In this document: piece by piece, positions 47,471 through 58,822 of the stretch
Layout of the letters: each line of letters starts with the position of its first letter
How positions within the stretch are numbered: position 1 is the first letter of the stretch
NCBI GenBank assembly: GCA_021613535.1
Contig: CP075493.1
Coordinates: 4,030,001 to 4,094,000, forward strand
Reading direction: 5' to 3'
DNA: 64,000 bases
DNA from: Adineta vaga
Lineage: Eukaryota; Animalia; Rotifera
Notes under the pieces: generated by a model
What the model saw: the letters and a program-made list of their open reading frames with translations, nothing else
The model's database searches: none
Told to the model about the DNA's origin: nothing
Translations under genes and position numbers: made by a program

Positions 47471-49741
47471 ATGATGTTTTATTCAATTTCATATTTGATT
47501 CTTACTGTCGTAGTAAGTACTAATGCCTTCAGTAATGACACAGTCGATTTATTCGATCGATCCGAAGGTGATAGTAAATCTACAAATATATCTACGATCG
47601 ATCGTTCAGGTGTTTTTGAACAATTGACGAATTATACATTAGGTGTTCTTGATAATTTTCTACCTGGAGGAACGGGTGTAAAAGAAAATATTGGCAATGT
47701 TGTTTTTAATGTTCATCATTTTACACAATTTCTTTTTGATGGACATTATATTTATGTTTATAGTCCAAAAAAGAATGAAGAAAATATTCATGAACCTCGA
47801 AAGTGGACATTCTTCTATGTACCTATCCTACAACCAGTTCAATCATCGTTACTTTCACCTTGGGTATCACTTAATAAACTCGAAGTACGTATTCGATTAG
47901 CTTTGGGCACATCGAAAGTTCAAGAAGCTGCTCGTCAAGCTATTATCAATCAATTTGATGATGAAACAGTACAAAAATATTCTCGATCATGGGTTATTGC
48001 TCCTTTAATGCTTGATTCTCTTTCTGCTTATATTGTTACTGCTGGTTCAATTCCAGTTCCAGGTGTCACACCATTTCGTATTGACAATCCAAATTCGGAT
48101 ACGATTATATTACGTTTTGCCAGTTTAACCAAAGAAGTTTCATTAGTCATTGCTGCTGGTTTACTAATTGGAGATTTTGATATAGAAGTTTCACTTTATT
48201 TCTCTGGTATGCATCGAGTTCGAACCAATATGATGACAATTACAGCGACTCAAATTCAATCCGTTCTAAGTAAAACAATTGCAGATGGTGGTGTAACAAA
48301 TGTGACATATATTCATCGAGAACAAGCAACAAATTTTATTGCAAAATATCTAACAAATGTTAAAAAATTGATCTATATCGAAGATTTCAATGCTAATACA
48401 TCACTAATGACTTATGGTTTACAAGAACAACTTGGCTCGATCTTTCAAGAAAGTATGAGCAATGCGAAAGAGATACATATTAAAGCGAATGCTTTTAATC
48501 AAGTATGGCAATCGATTGATCTTCATCCAGATCGTATAACAAGTGAAATGAATAAGATGTTTACATTTAATCAAACAGAAACAGATAAACGAAATAATAA
48601 AGAAAATTATTATTCAATCAATCAATTAAAAGATTGTCCTTTACCAAGTCATACGACATTACAGACACGTCTTCAAACACTTTTTATTTCTTGTAATAGA
48701 AATCCAGATAATAATCAACAAAATACGAAAAATCAAGAATATGAAAATGCTACTCATGATGTTGTTTCGGAAACAGATATTAAGAATGCTGCATCACAAG
48801 TATCGATTGAAGGCAGTTGGCAAGGTACAAAATTCATTCCAAAATCATTCAAAGTATTTCGATTAATCGATGTAGTAGATCGATTACAAGTTGCGATTAT
48901 TTCCAAACAACTTCTAGCTGAAAAAGCCAATGGAGCTGTTATTCGAAGAATTAGTGCTTCAGCATCATTATCAAATGCATTGAATATCTTTGCTTCGTTA
49001 GACAATGCAACTTTATTTGCATCATTAGAAAATACTACTCTTTTAACATTGTTAAACAATACAAATTTAACACCAATAATTAATATCGATAATCCAAATT
49101 TATCTGTACCTACATCGAGTTTTCTTACTGGTGAAATCAAATTATATGCTGGTTCATCTTCTCCTGAATCTCCATGGTTATTATGCGATGGTTCTATTGT
49201 TTCTCGAACTGAATATTCACGATTATTTTCAGTTATTGGTACAAAATATGGTCAAGGAAATAATTCACAAACATTTCGTTTACCTGATTTACGTGGTCGA
49301 ATACCGATGGGCGTTGATTCTGAACAAATACGTCTTATAAACGCGACAGATATTGGCAGAGAAGGTGGACAAACTAGTCATACATTAACTATTGATCAAT
49401 TACCAACGCATAGACATGATTCAGGCACATTTGAAACATCATCGGATGGACATCATACTCATCATATTCATGATCCTGGTCATAATCATGGTGGTTTTAC
49501 TAATACATACGCTGTTTCATCATCATCAAGAAATAGTTATGGAGAACATAATTCTCAAACTAATGGTTATCGACAATGGCAATCCTTTATTATACCACCA
49601 GCAGTAACAAAAATATCTTTACAGTCGAATGGTAATCATACTCATAAATTAACAGGTCATTCAGGTATAATCGGACAGAATCAATCATTTTCCATTCTAC
49701 CTCCATTTCAAACATTCTATTATATTATCTATGCTAACTGA
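47471..49741 (+). CDS. secreted protein with C-terminal phage tail-collar domain and HxH tail-fibre tip, intronless
   Basis: Signal peptide; from ~49121 TGEIKLYAG...WLLCDGSIVSRTEYSRLFSVIGTKYG.G....TFRLPDLRGRIPMG (tail collar), then GG..SHTLTIDQLPTHRH, HHTHH, HNH, HTH and ILPPFQTFYYIIY end. Confidence 0.88.
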   Translation: MMFYSISYLILTVVVSTNAFSNDTVDLFDRSEGDSKSTNISTIDRSGVFEQLTNYTLGVLDNFLPGGTGVKENIGNVVFNVHHFTQFLFDGHYIYVYSPKKNEENIHEPRKWTFFYVPILQPVQSSLLSPWVSLNKLEVRIRLALGTSKVQEAARQAIINQFDDETVQKYSRSWVIAPLMLDSLSAYIVTAGSIPVPGVTPFRIDNPNSDTIILRFASLTKEVSLVIAAGLLIGDFDIEVSLYFSGMHRVRTNMMTITATQIQSVLSKTIADGGVTNVTYIHREQATNFIAKYLTNVKKLIYIEDFNANTSLMTYGLQEQLGSIFQESMSNAKEIHIKANAFNQVWQSIDLHPDRITSEMNKMFTFNQTETDKRNNKENYYSINQLKDCPLPSHTTLQTRLQTLFISCNRNPDNNQQNTKNQEYENATHDVVSETDIKNAASQVSIEGSWQGTKFIPKSFKVFRLIDVVDRLQVAIISKQLLAEKANGAVIRRISASASLSNALNIFASLDNATLFASLENTTLLTLLNNTNLTPIINIDNPNLSVPTSSFLTGEIKLYAGSSSPESPWLLCDGSIVSRTEYSRLFSVIGTKYGQGNNSQTFRLPDLRGRIPMGVDSEQIRLINATDIGREGGQTSHTLTIDQLPTHRHDSGTFETSSDGHHTHHIHDPGHNHGGFTNTYAVSSSSRNSYGEHNSQTNGYRQWQSFIIPPAVTKISLQSNGNHTHKLTGHSGIIGQNQSFSILPPFQTFYYIIYAN

Positions 49742-49824
49742 TCTCAAATTTTTTTCTTTGTTAAAAAAAAAGTTTTTGATTTATTATTTTTATTATTCTC
49801 ATAAAATACAATATAATTTATTTC

Positions 49825-51038
49825 CTAATTACTAAAACCCCAAAATGCACTAGGTAGATTTTTTACATCTCTTGCACGTTTAACAATCGATGTAAATGAA
49901 GATACACAATTACCAATAAAATAATCAGCATGTGCTAACATCGCTACATCAATAACAGGTAACCATGGATCTAAATGTTTCACATATACACGTTGAGCCG
50001 AAAGATGTTCTTCGATTTCTTTAATCATTGGTCGTCGATCTGTTGCAACATAAATATGATGTATTCGTGTACGAATGACAACATTTTTTAATAAACGAAG
50101 AATATCATCATCAGATGGATAACATAATTTTCGAGTAACGAAAAGATCTGATAAAGCTGAAAGATCTAAACATTGAGGTGCAGCCATATATGAACGAGAT
50201 CGATACGATTCAACGTTAGCACAAGCTCTTTCCCAATCCAGATCATTTCGAAGATGAATTCCTAAAACAAAAAGAAAATCGACGAAATCAATTAAACGAA
50301 GAATTTTATTCTATTTACCTATATAAGATTGATTATTGAATAGATTTTGTTGATGTTGTCGAACTTCATTCATAATAGTGTCAGACCAAGTCATATATTT
50401 TTGTAAATAACGATATTTAGCTTCCATCGGAAATGAAGCAGGTGCTCCTTTTAGAGCTATGACTGGATATTGATCAGGTGGAAATGTTTGCTTCCATTGA
50501 TTAATTGAATAATCATCATAATTAAGATTATATCCAACTGTATCAATAAAATCAACATTTAATTCATCCCAAAATGGTCCAAATGGATTGCCTTCTTTCA
50601 TTTTACAATCTGATTTAGGTTTATCCGGTGTTAACCAACAGAAACCAATACGTGATTCAACTGGCCAAATAATTGGTGCAAGTCCATGCAGGAAATCTTG
50701 AGCATCAATAACACGATGATATGAACGAAGAGATTCGAGTTGAAACCATTCAGAATATGGAATATTCTTATAAGTTCGCCACTGTATTATTTATAAAAAG
50801 ACAAGAATTTAGTATTTTTCTAAAATTATATACTCACAGGTGGAACAATCAATGTTCGATTAAGTAATTTTGCAAATGCTAAGCCGCCAAGAAAATGTTC
50901 CGCTTGATTACCGAATCGGCCCATGCATAAACAAAAAATAATATAACCATTTGGATCAATTTCATTCTGTTCTTTTACTGTTCTAACTCCAAGAATAGAT
51001 AACGACAATATTACAAAACTATATATAAAGAAATTCAT
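49825..51038 (-). CDS. POFUT1: GDP-fucose protein O-fucosyltransferase 1, 3 exons
   Basis: [60 protein letters not shown]. Confidence 0.95.
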
Positions 51039-51593
51039 CTAAAAGTTTATGTGCATACACATCAGAAATGAATTGATACTATTTTTATATAAAACAGAGT
51101 AAATTATAGAGGAGAGGAAGAAAGGAAACACTTTAGTGACAAATGAATAGTGAAGCACATAAATGAGTTCAATTTGTGTGAAGTGACTTGATAGAATCAT
51201 TTACGTCGAGAATTTATTTGAAAATAGACCCGTCAATTCTTGTGTGACACGTTGAACAACAGTTGTTTGATGATAGAAAACAAAGTATTTTTGTATTAAC
51301 TATCAACTATATATAGTGACATCTTTAAAATACAGAGATAAATTTGAAATGAAATTTTCATTCATAACAAATCAAGGAAGAACTACAAGTTTCAATCAAA
51401 TGAATTATTTCAGGAAATTTCATCGATCTACGTATAATTTACAATGGAGATTGTTGTTAGTTACTGAGATGAAAATTATGTGTAGATGGTGACAATAATA
51501 ATGTTTTAAAAGTAAAATCAGATGAATATTTCTTTTTCACGAAGTTTTTAACAATTAGAATAAAGAAAATTGATTTTCTAATTTAGATCAAAG

Positions 51594-54500
51594 ATGTCTG
51601 ATGGTCATCAGACGCCGGATAATACCGGTGCACCAGGTTCTGCAATGCCATCATCGGATGTTGAAACAACGAAAAAACCATCATCAATTCTAAGAACAGC
51701 TTTCGATGATGCTGCTCTTCAATCTATGGAAGAAGATTATCAAGTAAACATTCATTGATTTTCATTCAAATGAATAAATCTTTTGGCAAATATTGTATTC
51801 TAGGCTACTCTTACGGAATTAGTTGGTGGCGATCGAAGTTTAGATAAACTTCGTACAGAATATGAAAAACTCCACAAAGCTTTAGTAAAATCACATGATA
51901 GTGAAAAGCGATTGATGCAAAAATGTCGAGAATTGAATTCTGAACTTATGACCAATTCTGCTAAAGTTCAAGCAGCTATGAAATTAAGTGAAGAAGATAA
52001 AAATACGATTAGTTCTCTACAGAAAGAAATCGATAAAGCTTGGAAAATGGTTGATGCTGCTCATGAAAAAGAACAAAGAGCAAAGGAAACAATACAAAGT
52101 TTAAGAATTGAAATCAATAATTTGAGTAATTTAGTCGAACAAGGAGCAGGTACGAGCAGAAATCGATTGAAATGCAAATCATATTAATACGAGTGTGAAT
52201 TCTACTTATGCATATAGTTTTAAATAATCTTTCACATTGAAATACAAACTTTGATAGAACATTCGAGTATCTGATTGTATCAAAAGGATAACTTCGAAAT
52301 ATCTTGGTTTTGTATATCACATTTCGTTTGCTTTTTAAATTCATGCACATAAATGTACCGAATATTGAAAAACGAAATTCAAAGACATTGATCACTAACA
52401 GTTATAAAATGAAAAAAGAATGTTTGTCATCATTTGTTCTGATCGATTAATATTCTATGAAATTCTTGTATATAGGAATGAGTGTTGGACAAGAACAAGA
52501 TGTGAATGATTTAATGAATGCTCGTGTTGAATTAACACAAGAACGAGATAAATTATTGAATGATTTAACACAAATACGTCGTGAACTTGATTTAAGTTTC
52601 GTAAAACAGAGTGATTTACAAAAAGAAATTCAAATATCCAATGAACAAATTCTTGATTTACAAGAAAAAATCAATCAATTAAAAAATGAAAATACCAAAG
52701 AATCGAAAAAACGAGTGTGATCAATTGTTCTTAATTTTTCCATTGATGAGTTTTTACTTTTGTTTCCTAGGAACAAATTGAATTAGAATTGAAAGCAAAT
52801 AAACAGAATCTAGATGTGAAAAATGCGGAAGCAAGATCTCAAGCAACACAATTCGAAGCTCAGCAACAAGAATTAAAGAAAGCTCAACAACATCTTCGAC
52901 AATTAAAAGATGATAATATTCGTTTAACTAAAGAAAATCAAATCATTCAAGTTCGTTTTGATAATTCTCGTATACAATTTACAGAACTTACAGCCACAAA
53001 TGAAAAATTAGCAAATGATTATGCACGTCGTGCTCTTGATTTGAAAGAGAAAGATGATGAAATTAACTATCTACGTAAAGATCGTGATAGTGAACAAAAG
53101 AAAAAAGATTTTGCTGAAAAACGTTTACGATTAGTCGAAGATCAAATGGGTGACGTTGATCAAAAACGTGAAACATTACGTTCAACTGTGTCATTATTGG
53201 AACAAGAAATTGATCAATTTAAAAAAGCACATGATGACTTTGAAAAACAAATCAATGTTTTAACACGTGACCGTGAACAATTGAATACGACATGTAAAAA
53301 ATTAATTGCTGATAATCAAAAACAAGCTGATCAAGTTAAAAGTGTTGATCAATCGAAACGAACTCTAGAACAAGATATTTCCAATTATAAAGATGAAGCA
53401 GCAAAACGACGAAAGATTATTACGAAACTGGAAAAAGAACGAGATCGGTAAGAATGATTTTACATGAATAAAATTATTGTTTTCTTTTGCTAAATTAGTT
53501 ATATACAGGAAGCCGGTGGATTAACAACACAAGTTCTCGGTTTTATGGAAGAAGTGAAAAAGAAAGATCTGGATATATTTGATCTTAAGAAGAAAATTGC
53601 AGAATTAGATACTCGATTGAAACAACAAAAAAATCTGTATGAAGCTGTTCGATCGGATCGTAATCTTTATTCGAAAAATTTAATTGAATCTCAAGATGAA
53701 GTTGGTGAAATGAGACGTAAATTAAAGATTATGCACCATCAAATTGATCAATTAAAAGAAGAAATTCAAGGAAAAGAACAAGATCTAGTTCGTGCACAAG
53801 TTGATCATGATCGAGTTAAAAAAGAGAAAGAACAATTAACAATCAATGTTGAACAATTGAGAAAAGATGCAGCGAAAAAAGAAGAAGCTTATGCAAGTCA
53901 ACAAGCGGAATTTGAACGATTAAATAAACAGCTATCAGAATCAAATGATGAACGAAAAAAACAAATGAAGCAATTACAACAAGTATGTACTTTTTGACTT
54001 TTGTTTTCCGTTTCGAAAAATTCAAATGATTTCATCTTTAGATTATTGCTGAACGTGATGTTCTCGGTACACAACTTGTTCGTCGAAATGATGAACTTGC
54101 ACTTCTTTATGAAAAAATGAAAATTCAACATTCAACATTAAACAAAGGCGAACTTCAATATAAAGGTCGTCTGGAAGATATTCGTATATTAAAATTAGAA
54201 CTAAAGAAACTTCGTCATGAAAAAGGTACATTACAAGATAAAGTATTTAGTACAAATGATCTTAAACGTGAACTTTTCCATATTCAACGTGAATTAATAC
54301 GTGAACGTACACGTTGTCGAGCATTAGAAGAAGAATTAGAAAATCCATTGAATGTTCATCGATGGAGAAAATTAGAAGCAAGTGATCCATCAACATTTGA
54401 ATTAATACAAAAAATTCAATTACTTCAAAAACGTTTAATACAAAAAACGGAAGAAGTTGTTCAAAAAGAATTATTAATACAAGAAAAAGAAAAATTATAT

Positions 54501-55028
54501 GCAGAACTTAAACGTATCTTAGGTATGATTTCATTATTTGTTTTTCATATTTATAATACAATCGATCTATCTTGTTTTTCTCAGCTCGACAACCCGGTCC
54601 TGAATGTGCTGAGCAATTGTCGATCTATCAAGAAACATTGAAAGCCAAAACTAAACAATTAAAAGCATTAGCAGGTGAAGTAAATATGTATGAAAGTCAA
54701 ATTGATGATTATAAATATGAAATTGATAAACTCAATCGACAATTAACGGAAGTACGACAAAAATATTTTCTTCTCAAGAAAAAACAAGCAATGATTAAAG
54801 AAAAAGAACGTTTAACACAGATGCAACAAGTAACAACAACAATCAATGGTGTTACATTACAACAACCACCTCCAGATCTTATTCAACCACATCGATCACA
54901 GTAAATTGATTTTGCTCTTCGAAATTTCAATCATATGTTCTCTATTCGTTTTTTTTAGTGAACAACCACGTTTTACTGGTGGTGGATTTAATCTTAAATC
55001 AATTCCAAAACCTCCAAGTGATATCTAA
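51594..55028 (+). CDS. CFAP58: cilia- and flagella-associated protein 58 (CCDC147), multi-exon
   Basis: LYEAVRSDRNLYSKNLIESQDE, ERDVLGTQLVRRNDELALLYEK, ENPLNVHRWRKLEASDPS, ARQPGPE, PRFTGGGFNL. Confidence 0.93.
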
Positions 55029-55099
55029 TTAGATTTGTGTATGTTTTTATGAAGATAAACTGAATAGACAAAGTATTTTCAATATTTATATATACTGTT

Positions 55100-56040
55100 T
55101 TAATAAATCATTTTCATACTCTTACTATAATACTTTATTCACTTTTTGGTAGAGATGTCTGGGGTAATTCGGATCAACTGTAACACCTTCCCACTTTTTT
55201 CGCTAATACTTTTTTTTGGTATATGGTATCAAGGAGCTCCTTTCACCAGTAGATAGAACATGTTTGGTCCTAGTTGTGGTAAAAAATCTCTTTTCTATCA
55301 CGTCTCACTACTGAGAACGAAACAAAACATGATCGATGACTCGAATATTGATTCGAATTACCCCAGACGTCTCTATATTGAATATTTATTTACAGAAAAA
55401 ATATGTCCTTTTCTCTTCTATATTCAATCAATATGTCTTTGTGGATGTTCATATTCATTTGTAACATTACCGATTAATCGATTTTTTACAATTTTATAAC
55501 AAAAAAATTTAAGATTATTTGTGTTACAAGTCAATGGATTATTAATATTCTTATTTAATTACCATTTAAATTTGATATTTTATTAGTAAAGAATTTCTAA
55601 CAATATATTAAAGAAAACAAAATTTTTTCATTTTTAGTATTGTTCTATCCCACAATGGTTATCGAAATACACGATAATTATTACTATAATTATTCTATCA
55701 TTGATTACATTTGGTTTAAATCTATTAATATTTAAATTTGTTCATTCATCTTCACGTCGAATTCATCATCAACAAGCGACGATGATTCCAGGATCTTTAA
55801 TTGATCGTCCACAACAACAACAACAATCAACAATTAATCGTAATGATTTATATTTATTATTGGATGGACACCAATATTTTTTCTTCTAGCTATTGATTAT
55901 GATTATCGTGTTAGTTTACTTGTATATGCACTTTTTCAAATTTTAGCTGTTATTAGCTTATTTATTTCTATATGTGATTTGATCTTCTGTAATCAAGCTT
56001 TAAGACGATATTTAAAAGACAAATTTTCATTTAAAAAAAT
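55100..56040 (+). pseudogene. decayed GPCR interrupted by a MITE
   Basis: CPFLFYIQSICLC...INRFFTIL* (TM3) and ITFGLNLLIFKFVHSSSRRI...INRNDLYLL (TM5-ICL3) fragments with stops. Confidence 0.6.
55152..55373. mobile_element. 222-bp MITE with ~26-bp terminal inverted repeats and TA target duplication
   Basis: TA|GAGATGTCTGGGGTAATTCGGATCAA ... TTGATTCGAATTACCCCAGACGTCTC|TA (2 mismatches). Confidence 0.85.
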
Positions 56041-58579
56041 GTTCGAATATTTTTGTTGTTTATTCTTAAAGAAATAAATATATATTCTATACCGGATTTG
56101 TTCACTCTGTTATAAATGAGCAAATCATAAAAGTTGTCTTTTGTAATGATTACCCTCGTTTTATTCATAAAAAAGTATACAGAGAGAATTAATTTTTCAT
56201 ATTACTTAAGATAAGCATATGGATACTGTAATATAATTAGATTAACGAAAATTATTCTAATGACTACAGAAATAAAGTTAATAAGTAGATTTTATCTTCC
56301 TGTCAATTCATGGTTGTTACTATTCGAAATAGGAATATAGTTATTCTATTTTCAATATCTTTCTTATTAAATTTTACTCTTTTACCTATATGATTAAACT
56401 TTATCGTTGAGAGGGACCTTGTGAATATATAAAAACTCTATTGGATATAAATAAATAAAATGAAAAATAATCTTTATTTTGATTATTTTTACTCGAAAAA
56501 TATTTATAAGATTAGTCAAAATAAATATACAAAAGAACTTGAGTATTAAACGAAAAATGTGTGAAAAGATAACAAGAATAAAAATAGTTGACTTTAAATT
56601 GACAAAGAAGAAAGACATATAAAATATATATTTTCATACCTTTTTATCTAATTATGGTTATAAACTTTTTATTAACAGAAGATTTGGAAAATAAATTGAA
56701 CAAATTTAAAAGATAATCCATTATATATTATTGATTTCAACCTCGTCGTATTCATGAGGTCATTTAAAATTAAAAGATATGATCTTTTAGGAAGATTTCA
56801 TTTCATAGACAAATGAAAATTATCTCACATTTATACTAGGTATTGAAAATAATGAAAGTAACATGGATGTTTTGACTGGTAATGAAAACGATGGAATTAT
56901 AACAGTTATTTATACAAGTGTAAAAAATATTTACCAATCAGTTGAAATGATTATTATTGACATACGTTAACAATGAAGTACGATGCTGAGAGTATACTAT
57001 GTAATTCCTTTACATTAAAAGTAAGCAATCCGCCTAATTTATTACGAATAGGGAAGCCCGAATGTTGAGAAGAAAAGAATCTTTTAGCAAATAGAAATGA
57101 AGATCCTTGAAAAGCTGAGCTTTATTTATTCATATTCAATATAAAAAAAAAGATGTCATTTGGAAAACGATCTTTACAAAATCTCATCAAAACAAAATAT
57201 TCAACACGATTAACAAAAAAATCTCGCTCATTTTCGGCGCAACGCATCAACACATAGATCGGGAGTTTTAATAACACTCCAACTATCAAAATTGATTGAC
57301 TTTTATCAAAGAGAACATTGAAAAAAAAACAATTTAATGTTTACAAATCATCCCAATAACTAACTATGGAACCATTGAACCCTCGATTAACCATCGATGG
57401 AAGTTGACGGATGTTATAGGAGAATCGTTATTCATTAATCTGAACCAATTATATAAAAAGGCGAATAGAACATAAACGAATGTCAGTAATATTTCTTTAA
57501 TAAACACGACAAACACGTAGAAAGATCTGTTTTCTAATTCATAAGAACGTAACCGGATATATGGAAGAATGGCACACATCAAAATACGAAAACAAGAAGA
57601 GATCTTTAATAAAACTATAACATCTAACAATAAATTGATGTAGATCAAAGAAAAAATCACATAAAGTAGTGTTGTAACGAACACATGACTCAGTAACGAT
57701 AATCTGGAGTCGGCTAAGCATTGTATTTGTTTGTTCATAATTGTAGAGAATTGTTCTGGTATTAATTCTAATGTTGTATTTGTCAACGACATTGATCAAT
57801 TTATCGACAAAAATAATGGGAAAAAATCGACTTCTACAAAAGACAATCGGTAAATTTCTCAACTATTTTCAATGATTAATGTCGTCGTGCGAAAAAAAAC
57901 AATCTTATATATATCGAACATTTTTTCTTTGTTTTGTGACCGTCGGGAAAGAGATCAACAATAAACAATAATTGTATTCTTCTATCCATTCGACTAAAAG
58001 TGAGCAAATAAAATTCGTCGAGCACAAAAACTGATTCGTTTTTTTTCTCCAAAGAAGTGGTATTTTGAATCAAAATCAATAACATATATCTAATTCGAAT
58101 AATCAGTATATATAAATGACGCATAACAACAGTTTTTAAAAATCTACTTCAAAGAAAAATCAATCACTATAAATCATTTACTCTTGTCTATCCATTTCAG
58201 AAAAACGTTCATCATTCATTTGAAGAATTATCTCATATTTTATTGATTCAAGTACAATAGTTAGTTGAATATAAAAAAGCAAATAAGTAAGGCAATTTTG
58301 ATACAATAAATAAGAATGTAAGTCTAATAGATATTAATATTATGAATAAGTTTAGAAAGCCTTCGACAAATATGAGCAATAGATAAATGTCAATCTCATC
58401 GAAATTTGGATTCAATTGAAGAAAATAATTTGTGAGAAATTTTGAGAACTGATGTATCCGAAAAGATAATGCAAACATTATGGATAATGCATATGGCCAT
58501 GAAAAAAGCAGTTTGATCGAAATCTTGATTGAGATTTGGAAAAGGAATTCGATGGATATCACTAATACGAAATATTTTG

Positions 58580-58822
58580 TATGATGGGCTTGCACATAGC
58601 TTCTAGCCATTATTTCTGATGGTGCTAAGTATTTCACCATAATCCGGCACTTCGGACTATGATCGCCGTTTTCGGCCGTTTCTTGCTGCAAAACGACCAT
58701 CTTTTTACACCGTATTTCTATAGATTTCTGGGTAAACGGATTACGGTGGCGTACTAGTGCCGGTTTTCGCTGTTTTTCCATCGTTTAAGGCAGTTTACGA
58801 CGCCGCTTTCTTTGACCTGGGG
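58580..58822. mobile_element. possible truncated non-autonomous DNA element end
   Basis: GC/CpG-rich island in an AT-rich background ending ...TTTGACCTGGG; no matching left end found. Confidence 0.3.

Noticed and set aside
47471-49741. Prophage or bacterial contamination as the explanation for the tail-collar gene
   Set aside because: No other phage genes nearby, eukaryote-style signal peptide and sequons, composition like the host, and tight linkage to intron-containing genes
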